The notes: generated by a model not told the origin, from the sequence alone. Counted from the stretch's first letter, positions 27,693-37,824 are shown. The stretch: DNA of 64,000 nucleotides from Bacteroidales bacterium (GCA_045598885.1 JAZRVB010000162.1:2809-66808); one strand, 5' to 3'. Numbers and translations are program-made.

Positions 27693-29633
27693 TTAGTTGA
27701 GTGTTATTATATTGTCTTGCAATGTGATTTCTTCGTCGGTCACCATCAGCTGTAAGACATCTGCTACGAGTTCCTGATGCTGCATCTTTGCCAGAACCGT
27801 CTGTACGGCGACAGGCTGCTGTGCGGCTTTCAGATGAGTCAGAATGAGCTGACGGATGGCTTCACGCACCTCATGAATGTTTCCTTCAAGGGATTCACTT
27901 TGGCAGACATCGCAGTGCTGGCAGCGATGGTCGATATCTTCTCCGAAGTAATGCAACAGCTGTACGAGGCGGCATTCCTGATCGTTTTCGACATAATTGA
28001 TCATGGCACGGATACGCTTCTCCTGACGTGCATGACGGTCTTCATAGACGACGTGCGAGATACGCAGCTCCTCGTCCTCCAGTCGAGGCGTGAGGTAGTA
28101 GATGGCAGGCATCTTACGCGCTGGGATATAGTGCAATACGTGGAATCGACTGAGCAGGAGCAGTTTGTCGTAGAGCGTCTGCTGGTCGAGGCCGGTATAT
28201 CGCAAGATTTCGTCTTCGCGGATGAAGACGTAGTCGGCAAAGAGGCCAGTGTAGAGACGTAGCAGCGCCTGCAGGATACGCTGGCACTCTGGATCGAACT
28301 GATTGAGGTGATAGAGCGATTCGCGCGACGTGGTGATCATGAGGCGCGAATGACGATCTGGCTCTTCTATATAGCTGATGTAGCCGGACTGATCGAGCAG
28401 TTTGAGTGCATAATGTACCTGCGTGACACTGAGGTGATAGGCCGAACAGAAACGCATGATATCGAACTCAAACATATTGGCATAACCAGCAGCGATGGCG
28501 ATCTGGTAGAATGATGCCAGTCGGCCATAGACGTGACGGATGAAATCGCGCTGTGGGTATTCATCTTCGAGATGACGGAGCAATTTGAGCTTGTCTCCGC
28601 TCTCGTTGATGATCCAGGCTTGGGCAGGCTTGCCGTCACGACCAGCACGACCGGCTTCCTGGAAATATTCCTCTGGCGAAGGGGGGAGGTCGATGTGGAA
28701 AACGGCTCTTACATTCGGTTTGTCGATACCCATGCCAAAGGCGTTCGTGGCGACGATGACAGCCGGATGTCCCTCCATCCAGTGATCCTGCCGTTCCTGT
28801 TTCTCCTCTGGTTTGAGACCTGCATGGTAGTAGCTGGCATCAATGCCATTGAGCGTCAGATGTTCGGCAATCTCTGCCGTTTTCTTGCGACTGCGGACGT
28901 AGACGATGGCTGATGAACCTTCTTCGCTGGAGCTGAGAATCTGCGAGAGTTTGCGCAGCAGTGTCCCTAATTTGTCTTCGGTATGTATAACGGAATAGAT
29001 GAGGTTAGGACGTTCGAAGGACGCGCGGAAGACATTCGATTCCTTATGGAAATGCAGCTTGTCCTGGATGTCATCCATGACTTCTTTGGTCGCTGTAGCG
29101 GTCAAAGCCATGCAGGGAACTTCTTTCTTTAACTCCTCTAATAGTTTGCGTAGATTCGCTATTTTTAAATAAGGAGGACGGAAATCATATCCCCATTGTG
29201 AGATGCAATGAGCCTCGTCGACGACAAGCAGTCGCACATCCATATATCGCAGCTTCGCCTGGAAAAGCTGTGTCTCCAGTCGCTCAGGAGAGAGATACAG
29301 GAAGCGGTAATCCTCGGAAATGACACGCTCGTACGTCTCCAATACCTCTTTATGCGACATTCCCATAAACACCGCAGCTGCCTTAATGCCACGTTGCACC
29401 AGATGGTCGCATTGGTCTTTCATCAGCGAGATCAATGGCGTCACGACCAATGTCAATCCTCCAAGTGCCAGCGCTGGCACTTGGAAGGTGATACTCTTGC
29501 CACCACCTGTAGGAAGCATGCCGAGAGTATCATGGCCATTAAGCACTGAGGCTATGATGTCTTCCTGCAGTGGTCGGAAGGTATCATAGCCCCAGTATTC
29601 TTTAAGTATCTGGTGGATATCCTGTGTCATCAA
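27693..29633 (-). CDS. recQ: RecQ family ATP-dependent DNA helicase
   Basis: PTGGGKS Walker A, the VVDEAHCISQWGYDFRP DEAH box, ALTATAT, and the QEAGRAGRDG motif VI. Confidence 0.9.
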   Translation of the reverse strand: MMTQDIHQILKEYWGYDTFRPLQEDIIASVLNGHDTLGMLPTGGGKSITFQVPALALGGLTLVVTPLISLMKDQCDHLVQRGIKAAAVFMGMSHKEVLETYERVISEDYRFLYLSPERLETQLFQAKLRYMDVRLLVVDEAHCISQWGYDFRPPYLKIANLRKLLEELKKEVPCMALTATATKEVMDDIQDKLHFHKESNVFRASFERPNLIYSVIHTEDKLGTLLRKLSQILSSSEEGSSAIVYVRSRKKTAEIAEHLTLNGIDASYYHAGLKPEEKQERQDHWMEGHPAVIVATNAFGMGIDKPNVRAVFHIDLPPSPEEYFQEAGRAGRDGKPAQAWIINESGDKLKLLRHLEDEYPQRDFIRHVYGRLASFYQIAIAAGYANMFEFDIMRFCSAYHLSVTQVHYALKLLDQSGYISYIEEPDRHSRLMITTSRESLYHLNQFDPECQRILQALLRLYTGLFADYVFIREDEILRYTGLDQQTLYDKLLLLSRFHVLHYIPARKMPAIYYLTPRLEDEELRISHVVYEDRHARQEKRIRAMINYVENDQECRLVQLLHYFGEDIDHRCQHCDVCQSESLEGNIHEVREAIRQLILTHLKAAQQPVAVQTVLAKMQHQELVADVLQLMVTDEEITLQDNIITLN

Positions 29634-31450
29634 TGTACGCTGGTCAGATTTTCTCCGATTACATCCGCATCGTCTTTAGTGTTCTTAATGAGCAAGCTGA
29701 GGACTGCTGAAATGCTATTGGTCTCACTCTCCTTGATATCTTTGACGAGGAGCTGGATGTTGTTCTGGCTAAAGGTATTCTCTTCAACGCTAAAGATAAT
29801 ATCGAAAGGTTTGCCGCTCTTGACGATGTCAAACTTCTCGGCCTGATTGAATGCGATGCCGTTGTGTGTGAAGCCGGTGACAGGATCGACCATCTCCATG
29901 CGGATATGCTCCATCTCCTTGCCGACGAGACGGCTCTGTCCCTGATCCTTGATGCGGCGAGCCACGAAGAGTGGTTTCTGGTTGCCAGGACCGAAAGGAG
30001 CAAGGGCCTTGAGGCTCTTGAAGAGGCGAGGAGTAACCTCGTTGAACTTCACCTCCATGTCCACATCGAGATGCTGTCGCTGCTGAGCGTCAGTGATATG
30101 ATCCTCTACCCACTGTTCGATACGCTGAGTCAACTCAGGGATATGTTCCTCTTTGAGCGTCAAACCGGCTGCGAAGGTGTGTCCACCAAAGTTCTCGATA
30201 ATGTCGCGACATGAGTTGATGGCCGAGTAGACATCGAAACCCTGGATACTTCTCGCCGAACCACTGGCAAAGCCACAGGCCGAAGTCAGGACGATGGCAG
30301 GGCGATAGTAGTGCTCGGTGAGACGTGATGCCACGATACCGATGACACCCTTATGCCATGAAGGATTGTATACGAGGACCGATTTCTTGTCCTGTATATT
30401 CATCTTGTCGACCTGTTCAATGGCTTCTTCAGTCACACGCTTGTCGAGTTCCTTACGAGTTTCATTATACTCAGAGATCTTGTCTGCACACTGTCGGGCC
30501 GTGACCATATCGCGAGCTACGAGCAGATCCACAGCTTCAACGCCGCACATCATACGTCCAGAGGCGTTGATGCGAGGTCCGATCTTGAAGACGATATCTG
30601 AGTTGGTGAGTTCCTTCTTGTCCTTGAGTCCGCACTGTTCGATGATGGCCTTGATGCCATTGTTGGCGTTCTCATTGAGACGGCGCAGACCATTGTACGA
30701 CAGCACACGGTTCTCGCCTGTGATAGGAACGATGTCGGTAGCGATAGACATGGCACAAAGATCGAGCAATGGATAGATCATCCCCAACTCATTCATGCCA
30801 TTATTACGAGCGAAGGCCTGCATGAACTTAAGACCTACGCCGCACGCTGAGAGGTGAGGGTAAGGATACTCGTCGTCCAGACGCTTCGGATCAAGTACAG
30901 CCACAGCCTCAGGCAGTTCATCGTCTGGCTTATGATGGTCGCAGATGATGAAGTCGATGCCTTTGCTTTTGGCATAGCGTACCATATTGATTGCCTTGAT
31001 GCCGCAATCGAGTGCAATGACCAGTTTAACGCCTGAGTCATAGGCGTAATCTACACCTTTCTCAGAAATACCATATCCGTCGTCATAACGATCTGGGATA
31101 TAGTAATCCAGTGAGGAATAAAAGCTGCGAAGGAAACGATATACAAGTGCAACTGCACTGGTACCATCAACGTCGTAATCTCCGTAGATGAGAATACGTT
31201 CCTTGCGTCCGATGGCCTCGTTCAGACGGGCCACCGCCTTATCCATATCTTTCATCAGGAACGGATCATGCAGTCCTGAGGAAAGCTGCGGACGGAAGAA
31301 GCGACGGGCTTCTTCTCCATTCGTCACGCCACGCTGAACGAGCAGAGAGGCGACGATAGGGTTGAGGTTTTGTTCAGCAATTAGTTCATCCTTGATCTCT
31401 TTCTGTTCGTTGGTTAAGGTGCGACAATTCCATAAATAATTGGTTGTCAT
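29630..31450 (-). CDS. recJ: single-stranded-DNA-specific exonuclease RecJ
   Basis: DHH family motifs YGDYDVDGT, ALDCG and ICDHH, plus the DHHA1 motif FGGHTFAAG. Confidence 0.9.
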   Translation of the reverse strand: MTTNYLWNCRTLTNEQKEIKDELIAEQNLNPIVASLLVQRGVTNGEEARRFFRPQLSSGLHDPFLMKDMDKAVARLNEAIGRKERILIYGDYDVDGTSAVALVYRFLRSFYSSLDYYIPDRYDDGYGISEKGVDYAYDSGVKLVIALDCGIKAINMVRYAKSKGIDFIICDHHKPDDELPEAVAVLDPKRLDDEYPYPHLSACGVGLKFMQAFARNNGMNELGMIYPLLDLCAMSIATDIVPITGENRVLSYNGLRRLNENANNGIKAIIEQCGLKDKKELTNSDIVFKIGPRINASGRMMCGVEAVDLLVARDMVTARQCADKISEYNETRKELDKRVTEEAIEQVDKMNIQDKKSVLVYNPSWHKGVIGIVASRLTEHYYRPAIVLTSACGFASGSARSIQGFDVYSAINSCRDIIENFGGHTFAAGLTLKEEHIPELTQRIEQWVEDHITDAQQRQHLDVDMEVKFNEVTPRLFKSLKALAPFGPGNQKPLFVARRIKDQGQSRLVGKEMEHIRMEMVDPVTGFTHNGIAFNQAEKFDIVKSGKPFDIIFSVEENTFSQNNIQLLVKDIKESETNSISAVLSLLIKNTKDDADVIGENLTSVH

Positions 31451-32561
31451 CGTATGTATTTTTTATAATAGACGAAAGAGATGCTTCGCGGACAGGTAAC
31501 AGCCACGCGCTGCGGAAGCTGTTGTCCTCACGAAGGACTTTAAGGTATGCCTCTGCTTCGGTCTTATCACCGAAACGGTTGATGTAGAGGCGGAAACGGT
31601 CATCGCGCTCCAAGATGCCCACCTCGTCGTGTCCTTGCTTGCGCAGGTTATTGAGGGCGCGGTCAGCGTCCTGCTGGTTAGGGCAACTTGCTACGATGAT
31701 ATAATACATTTTGCCATTAGGAGCTACCGTAATGACTTTCTTTGGTTCTGGAGCAGCAGCTTCAGGCTCTGCTTCTGCAATGGATTCTTCTGCTGCATCG
31801 AGTGTATACGCTGCAACTTCCTCGTCTGACCAGATCTCTTCCTCATCTATACCATAAGCATAGATGTCTCCGAGCTCGTCACCTGCAAAGATGCTGTCTT
31901 CTTCCTCAGTCAGGTCAAAATCCTGGTTCTCCCAGACGTGGTTGCTATTTGTGCCACGCTGCAGGATTGACAGGTCGATGACATTGGCATACTGCTGCTG
32001 TGTCGTCTGATCGTCCAGTCCTAAGAAACTGGCAAAGAAGCATACGGCAATCAGGAGTACCACGGCCACGCGCTGAGCCCAGTAGCGTGGGATGGCGATG
32101 ATATCAGCCTCACGGCGCTTCTTTTCTTCTATGGCAGGATTCTGTTTCTCAGGATGAGCAGCAGCATTGAGGCGGGCCTCGATGTCTCCCCAGGTCTCGA
32201 AAGAAAGTTCGTTATAGCCGAAATTATCCGTGTCGATATGCAGCGAGGCCGAAGTATGGAAATCTTCTGGCAACAGCGACGCCTGACGCTCGATGTAGCG
32301 GCATGCCTCGTCAAATGACATGCCTTCTGCTTCCATCAGCAGGTTGGCCAGCATGCCATCGTCATGATGGTGCAATGGCGAGAAACGGATGACACGACGT
32401 GGCGCCTCCAGCTTGTGTACGCGACGACTGTCTGCGCCGATGCTAGGATGCGTTCCCATGGTTGCAGGCTCTTCGCTCAGCATATACGCTCCCTTTCCCG
32501 GCACATAGCAGTAGTGCTGGGTCATCAGGAGGTATTCTATGTAAGTTGCGAAAGTCCGCAT
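31386..32561 (-). CDS. HU-CCDC81-like N-terminal domain / SPOR C-terminal domain protein
   Basis: One TM segment (VAVVLLIAVCFFASFL). The C-terminal SPOR-like block is YYIIVASCPNQQDADRALNNLRKQGHDEVGILERDDRFRLYINRF. Its 3' tail overlaps recJ by 65 nt. Confidence 0.7.
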   Translation of the reverse strand: MRTFATYIEYLLMTQHYCYVPGKGAYMLSEEPATMGTHPSIGADSRRVHKLEAPRRVIRFSPLHHHDDGMLANLLMEAEGMSFDEACRYIERQASLLPEDFHTSASLHIDTDNFGYNELSFETWGDIEARLNAAAHPEKQNPAIEEKKRREADIIAIPRYWAQRVAVVLLIAVCFFASFLGLDDQTTQQQYANVIDLSILQRGTNSNHVWENQDFDLTEEEDSIFAGDELGDIYAYGIDEEEIWSDEEVAAYTLDAAEESIAEAEPEAAAPEPKKVITVAPNGKMYYIIVASCPNQQDADRALNNLRKQGHDEVGILERDDRFRLYINRFGDKTEAEAYLKVLREDNSFRSAWLLPVREASLSSIIKNTYDDNQLFMELSHLNQRTERDQG

Positions 32562-32607
32562 GGTTATCGTGTTTGCAGAATACTACAAATTAAAAATTAT
32601 TTGGGGA

Positions 32608-32615
32608 CAAAGATA
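32608..32615 (-). promoter_or_regulatory. -7 promoter box (TATCTTTG on the minus strand)
   Basis: The plus strand reads CAAAGATA, 47 nt upstream of the start at 32561. Confidence 0.45.
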
Positions 32616-32662
32616 GCCTTTTTTATAATAGGTTGGACAAAAAAATCTAAAAAAATGCAAAA

Positions 32663-33499
32663 TTACTTCAATTTTAGCAATAAATCTCCTGTTTCTGCCT
32701 CTGGTAGACCCAGTTCTAGTGCTTGATTGAGGTCTCTGCGAGCATATTCCTTGTCTCCTTTTGCATATCTGATCTGGGCGCGAAGGATGTAGGAATAAGG
32801 GTCTCTTGGCCCCATCGATATACTCTTTTCTATGTCTGTCAGCGCCGCTCCCATGCGTCCGCTCAGGTAGTGTACTTCAGCTCTTTCTCTCAGTAGCGAT
32901 GCGCTCTTCGGATTACGATCTATCAGTGCATCGTAGAGCTCTGCCGCCTCTCTCCACATTCGTTGAGCCTTGTAGACATAAGCCATGCCAAGACGGGATT
33001 TGGCACTGTTCGGATTGAACTTATCAATCTGCTCCAGATCCAGCCTTGCACCGATCGTGTCGCTGTTCATCAGTCGGCAGAGGGCGCGCTGATAGTAGGC
33101 GTCCTCATTCTCGGCTTCCTTCACGATGATCGTTGTGTAGTCGTCGATGGCCTTGGCATACTCTGCCATCTCTGCATAGAGCGAGGCGCGGCTGTTGAGC
33201 AACGTGAGGTTTTCTGGCATAAATCCCAGTCCGATGGTATACGACTGTTCCGCCTCCTTCAGTTTTCCCTGCTGGCGCTGTAGGGTTCCCATATTGGCCA
33301 ATACCAGCCCGTTTCCAGGATTTCCTGGCTCTAGCCTCAGTGCACAGCGGAGGGCTTCCTCCGCCTGCGCCAAGCTGTCTTGTTCGATATAATCGAAACT
33401 CATGGTCACGTATTCGTCGTAGGTCTGAGCGTATAAATCTGCTATGTGTGCTGAGAAAAACAACATCATTAACACACAAAAAAAGAATTTCTTAATCAT
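32663..33499 (-). CDS. tetratricopeptide repeat protein
   Basis: Signal/TM segment MIKKFFFCVLMMLFFSAHIADLYAQ, then repeated TPR helices (AEEALRCALRLEPGN, AIDDYTTII, etc.). Start moved to ATG 33499, which leaves a TATCTTTG box at 33517-33524 upstream. Confidence 0.8.
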   Translation of the reverse strand: MIKKFFFCVLMMLFFSAHIADLYAQTYDEYVTMSFDYIEQDSLAQAEEALRCALRLEPGNPGNGLVLANMGTLQRQQGKLKEAEQSYTIGLGFMPENLTLLNSRASLYAEMAEYAKAIDDYTTIIVKEAENEDAYYQRALCRLMNSDTIGARLDLEQIDKFNPNSAKSRLGMAYVYKAQRMWREAAELYDALIDRNPKSASLLRERAEVHYLSGRMGAALTDIEKSISMGPRDPYSYILRAQIRYAKGDKEYARRDLNQALELGLPEAETGDLLLKLK

Positions 33500-33547
33500 A
33501 ATTGTAAAATTTCGATGCAAAGATAGCGCTTTTCTCAAAATAATCTT

Positions 33548-33555
33548 TATCTTTG
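33548..33555 (+). promoter_or_regulatory. -7 promoter box (TATCTTTG)
   Basis: TAnnTTTG followed by CAG, 27 nt upstream of the ATG at 33582. Confidence 0.45.
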
Positions 33556-33581
33556 CAGCACTTTTATATATAATTTTAACA

Positions 33582-34451
33582 ATGAAACGCTTTTTAATAG
33601 CATTTTTCGTAGTTGCGTCCCTGATTCTTCAGTTGGGATTTAATTCTTGCACCACAAAGTCTTCGGACATCACAGTTTTGATCGATAGTGTGTCTGTCGA
33701 TTCCATCTGTCCTCTATTCCATAATTATGAGAAGCCTGCCTGTCACTTCAATCTTCGTATGGAGGTTCCTTATGTAGAGGGTAACAGCGGCCTTTCTCTG
33801 TCATTGCAGCGATTCCTTGTTTCAATCCCTCGTCAGGGAGCTTTTGCAGAGGAATGCGACGGTACCGTCCAGGGCATGGCCAACAGCTATCTCCGTACCT
33901 ATGTCCTTCAGTACTTGCAGGAGGGTAAGGATGCCATCGATAGCTATGGTGAGGATTTGGATGCTGCTGCTACCTGGATGAGCTATGAGGAGCTGGCAGA
34001 AGGTGCTGTAACCTTCCAGGAATCCAACTTCCTCTGCTATCAGTTCAAGGTCTATAGCTATATGGGTGGCGCTCATGGCAACACCATTACAGCCAATCGT
34101 GTGTTTGATCTCTCTGCACAACAAGCCATCACCTTAGGCAACCTTTTCTCAGGAGAGAATATTTCTGAGGTAGGCGTTTTGCTGCGTCAGGCGCTTGCTG
34201 CACTCAATGAGTGTGAGAGCGTAGAGCAGCTGGCACAGTCAGGCATCTTCTTCTCAGCCAATGATATTGAACCGACCGATAACTTCCTGCTCGACGATAA
34301 TGGCCTTACCTGGATCTATGATCCTTATGAGATCGCACCATACGCTTACGGTCCTGTGACCGTTTCTCTCAGCTGGAAGGAACTTGTGGGTCTGATCGAT
34401 CCAGAGTCTCCTGTCAAGGCGTTTGCACAGGCTAAGACTACAGCGCTCTGA
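33582..34451 (+). CDS. DUF3298/DUF4163-like (RsiV-type) lipoprotein
   Basis: Lipobox LGFNSC. The YSYMGGAHGNT block is characteristic of DUF3298. Start moved to the ATG at 33582. Confidence 0.7.
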   Translation: MKRFLIAFFVVASLILQLGFNSCTTKSSDITVLIDSVSVDSICPLFHNYEKPACHFNLRMEVPYVEGNSGLSLSLQRFLVSIPRQGAFAEECDGTVQGMANSYLRTYVLQYLQEGKDAIDSYGEDLDAAATWMSYEELAEGAVTFQESNFLCYQFKVYSYMGGAHGNTITANRVFDLSAQQAITLGNLFSGENISEVGVLLRQALAALNECESVEQLAQSGIFFSANDIEPTDNFLLDDNGLTWIYDPYEIAPYAYGPVTVSLSWKELVGLIDPESPVKAFAQAKTTAL

Positions 34452-34452
34452 T

Positions 34453-35070
34453 ATGGATTTCTTGAAATACTTCCCCGAATTAACCGATGAGCAGCGCACG
34501 CAATTTGCCGCGCTGCTGCCGTTGTATACCGACTGGAACGCCAAGATCAATGTGGTGAGCCGCAAGGATATTGAGCATCTCTACGAGCATCATGTGCAGC
34601 ATTCGCTGGCCATCAGCCGATATGTCGAGAACTCACTCAAAGGCGGTTGGCCTGCAGGAACGCGTATTGTCGATGTCGGTTGCGGCGGTGGCTTCCCTGG
34701 CATCCCGTTGGCTATCCGATATCCTGAGTGCCATTTCCTTTTGGTCGATCGTATCGGTAAAAAGGTTCGTGTCGCACAGGAGGTCGCTACTTCGATCGGT
34801 CTGAAGAACGTCGAGTTTCGGCATGCAGGTATCGAGGAGGTCAAAGAGGAGTTTGACTACGCTGTCAGTCGTGCAGTCATGGTCCTGCCAGACCTCGTCA
34901 AGCTCGTCCGACGTTGCACCAAGACGGGCCTTATCACGCTCAAAGGTGGAGACCTCGAAGAGGAACTCAAGCCACGCCAGTGTCAGGGAACGAAAATCGT
35001 ACCTATCTCGACATATTTCAAGGAGGAGTTCTTTGAAACAAAGAATGTGCTGTATACTCCAATAAAATAA
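34453..35070 (+). CDS. rsmG: 16S rRNA (guanine527-N7)-methyltransferase RsmG
   Basis: YTDWNAKINVVS, the SAM motif VDVGCGGGFPGIPLAI, and about 205 aa. Start at ATG 34453, right after the upstream stop. Confidence 0.9.
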   Translation: MDFLKYFPELTDEQRTQFAALLPLYTDWNAKINVVSRKDIEHLYEHHVQHSLAISRYVENSLKGGWPAGTRIVDVGCGGGFPGIPLAIRYPECHFLLVDRIGKKVRVAQEVATSIGLKNVEFRHAGIEEVKEEFDYAVSRAVMVLPDLVKLVRRCTKTGLITLKGGDLEEELKPRQCQGTKIVPISTYFKEEFFETKNVLYTPIK

Positions 35071-35119
35071 GACAGCTGACAATAAACTATAACTGTTAAC
35101 TATTAACTGTTAACTTTTC

Positions 35120-35788
35120 ATGCTCCAGATCCAAACCTTCGTCTGCAATCCTTTCAGCGAACAGTGCTACATTGCGTGGGACGAGACCTCTCGCCTTGCG
35201 TTTGTCGTCGATCCTGGCATAGGGAGCGACTATGAATGGCAGCGTGTGCATCGCTTCATAGAGGAGAAAGGTCTCAACGTGCAGTTCGTCCTGCAGACAC
35301 ATGGACATACAGATCACTGCATGGGATCGGCTTACGTCGCGCGTACTTATAATATACATATCTATGGCAGCATGGACGAGCAGTCGCACATGCCATCTGT
35401 GCAGGTCCAGAACAACGCTTTTGGCATCGATCTGCCTTTACACTGGCTCCCGATCGATAAGAATCTGGCCGATGGCGATGTCCTCTGGCTCGGCGAACCG
35501 GAAGGAGAGATGTCTCACCGCATCGAAGTCCTCGATTGTCCTGGGCATAGCTTCCATGGCCTCTGTTTCTATTTGCCACAGGATCAGATACTCTTCTCTG
35601 GTGATGTCCTCTTCTGTGGCTCCGTCGGCCGCTCTGACTTCGGTCCTGCCATGGGTGGCAATGGTCCGCTCCTGATCCGCAGTATCGTCGAAAAGCTCCT
35701 GCCGCTCCCTGCCGAAACCAGGGTCTATCCAGGTCATGGCCCAATGACTACCATCGGTTACGAATCGACATATAACCCCTACTTCTAA
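35120..35788 (+). CDS. MBL-fold metallo-hydrolase (glyoxalase II-like)
   Basis: HxHxDH motif LQTHGHTDH, plus later PGHS and PGHG metal ligands. Confidence 0.85.
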   Translation: MLQIQTFVCNPFSEQCYIAWDETSRLAFVVDPGIGSDYEWQRVHRFIEEKGLNVQFVLQTHGHTDHCMGSAYVARTYNIHIYGSMDEQSHMPSVQVQNNAFGIDLPLHWLPIDKNLADGDVLWLGEPEGEMSHRIEVLDCPGHSFHGLCFYLPQDQILFSGDVLFCGSVGRSDFGPAMGGNGPLLIRSIVEKLLPLPAETRVYPGHGPMTTIGYESTYNPYF

Positions 35789-35794
35789 CTCCCT

Positions 35795-37243
35795 ATGTAT
35801 CTTCCACAAGACCCTGACATGCTCTTCAGCATGATCAATATGAAACTACGCGATCAGTATTCCTCGCTCGAAGACCTTTGCGACGAAGAGGACATTGATC
35901 CTGCCATGTTGCTGGTAAAACTTAACGAAGCCGGATATGAGTACGACGAGCAGAACAACTGCTTCCAGTACGCCGAGGTCGTTAAGAAGCCTACCGTCTC
36001 AGAGTTGCTCGATGAGGCTCGTAAGGCCAGCTACTCGTTACTCGACATGACCGAGGAGAAGGTTAATGAGGTGCTTCTGGCTCTCGCCGATGCATTGGAG
36101 GAGCGACAGAAGAACATCATCCAGTCCAATCTGGAAGATCTAAGCCGCATGGATCCTGCCGACTCTCGCTACGACCGCCTCATGCTCAACGAGGAGCGTA
36201 TCAAGGGTATTGCTAATGATACGCGCAACGTCGCCGCCTTGCCATCTCCACTCAATCGCGTCCTTAGCGAGAGCGTCCGTCCTAACGATATGGCCATCCG
36301 TAAGGTCTCCGTCCCATTCGGTGTCATCGGCGTCATCTACGAGGCGCGTCCTAACGTTACCATCGACGTCTTCTCGCTTTGCTTCAAAGCTGGTAGTGCC
36401 GTGATTCTCAAGGGAGGCAAGGAAGCTGCAGACACCAACGCTTGTGAGGTCTCTATCATCCACCGTGTTCTGTCCGATGCAGGCCTGCCAGAGGCGCTCT
36501 GTACGCTTCTCCCGAACGATCGAGAGGCTACCGCCGAGATGTTGTCGGCCGTAGGTAAGGTCGATCTCGTCATCCCTCGTGGCAGCCGTCGCCTCATTGA
36601 TTTCGTCCGTGAGACCGCTCGTGTGCCAGTCATCGAGACAGGCGCAGGTGTCTGCCACACATACGTTGATGAGAAGGCTGACTTGGCCAAAGCCTCCGCC
36701 ATCGTCCATAACGGCAAATGCCGTCGTGTCTCGGTCTGCAACGCGCTCGACTGTCTCGTTCTCCACAGCAGCCATTTAGCTGCTCTTCCAACACTTTGTG
36801 AGCCATTGGCTACAAACACTACACCTGTAGAGATCTTCGCTGACAAGCGTTCTTATGCAGCATTAGAGGGTAAGTATCCTGCAGAGCTCCTCAACCCAGC
36901 GCAGCCGGAGCATTTTGGCATGGAGACCTTGTCTTATCGCATGGTCATCCGCACGGTCGACAGCGCTGATGAGGCCATCGACTTCATCCAGAGTCACACC
37001 AGCCATCACTCTGAGAGCATCGTCAGCGAAGATGAGGCTGTCTGCCGACGCTTCACCCGTATCATCGATGCTGCTTGTGTCTATCAGAACCTTCCGACTT
37101 CATGGACCGACGGCGCTCAGTTCGGTTTCGGTGCTGAGATCGGCATCTCTACGCAGAAGCTCCATGCACGTGGCCCGATGGCATTGCCAGAGATCACTAC
37201 TTATAAATATATAGTGGTGGGAGAGGGACAGATTAGAAAGTGA
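35795..37243 (+). CDS. proA: glutamate-5-semialdehyde dehydrogenase with an N-terminal DUF4250-like extension
   Basis: Residues about 8-60 (MLFSMINMKLRDQYSSLEDLCDEEDIDPAMLLVKLNEAGYEYDEQNNCF) look like a stand-alone DUF4250 protein. The rest is ProA (VIYEARPNVT, ILKGGKEA, CNALDCLVLH). Confidence 0.85.
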   Translation: MYLPQDPDMLFSMINMKLRDQYSSLEDLCDEEDIDPAMLLVKLNEAGYEYDEQNNCFQYAEVVKKPTVSELLDEARKASYSLLDMTEEKVNEVLLALADALEERQKNIIQSNLEDLSRMDPADSRYDRLMLNEERIKGIANDTRNVAALPSPLNRVLSESVRPNDMAIRKVSVPFGVIGVIYEARPNVTIDVFSLCFKAGSAVILKGGKEAADTNACEVSIIHRVLSDAGLPEALCTLLPNDREATAEMLSAVGKVDLVIPRGSRRLIDFVRETARVPVIETGAGVCHTYVDEKADLAKASAIVHNGKCRRVSVCNALDCLVLHSSHLAALPTLCEPLATNTTPVEIFADKRSYAALEGKYPAELLNPAQPEHFGMETLSYRMVIRTVDSADEAIDFIQSHTSHHSESIVSEDEAVCRRFTRIIDAACVYQNLPTSWTDGAQFGFGAEIGISTQKLHARGPMALPEITTYKYIVVGEGQIRK

Positions 37244-37260
37244 AAAGTTAAAAGTTAAAA

Positions 37261-37824
37261 ATGAAAAATATGAAAGTATACGCGATGTTAGCCAACGGCT
37301 TTGAGATTGCCGAGGCTACCCTTCCAATTGATATCCTCCGTCGTGCAGGCATCCAGACTATCACCGTCAGCATCACCGATGAGGATGTAGTTACTGCCAG
37401 CAATGGCATTCCAGTGATAGCCGATCAGGTACTTCCTGCTTCTGATCTCTCTGACGGCGATATGATCTTTCTGCCAGGCGGTATGCCAGGCTCAAGCAAC
37501 CTGTCGCAGTGTGCAGCACTGGCAGAGTACATCAATGAGTACAACGCCGCAGGCAAGTACCTTGCCGCTGTCTGTGCAGCTCCGATGGTCTATGGCCTTA
37601 TGGGTCTCCTCCAGGGTAAGAAGGCTACCTGCTACCCTGGCTTCGAGGAGAAGCTCCTGGGTGCCGACTTCCAGAAGAAGTCTTGTGTCCTCGATGGCAA
37701 CATCATCACTGCCTGTGGTGCAGGTGTCGGCTATCAGCTCGGTCATCAGATGGTCACCGTCCTCGCTGGCAAGGAGGTTGCAGATAGCGTCCTCCAGAAG
37801 ATGATGTATCAGGTCTACGAGTAA
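37261..37824 (+). CDS. DJ-1/PfpI family protein
   Basis: Nucleophile-elbow AAVCAAP and a length of 187 aa. Confidence 0.85.
   Translation: MKNMKVYAMLANGFEIAEATLPIDILRRAGIQTITVSITDEDVVTASNGIPVIADQVLPASDLSDGDMIFLPGGMPGSSNLSQCAALAEYINEYNAAGKYLAAVCAAPMVYGLMGLLQGKKATCYPGFEEKLLGADFQKKSCVLDGNIITACGAGVGYQLGHQMVTVLAGKEVADSVLQKMMYQVYE

Noticed and set aside
31386-31450. 65-nt overlap between the SPOR-domain gene 3' end and the recJ start, considered as a possible frameshift or pseudogene.
   Set aside because: The RecJ N-terminus (WNCRTLTNEQ...LLVQRGV) looks complete from ATG 31450. The SPOR domain ends well before the overlap (…AWLLPV), so the overlap is only a non-conserved tail.
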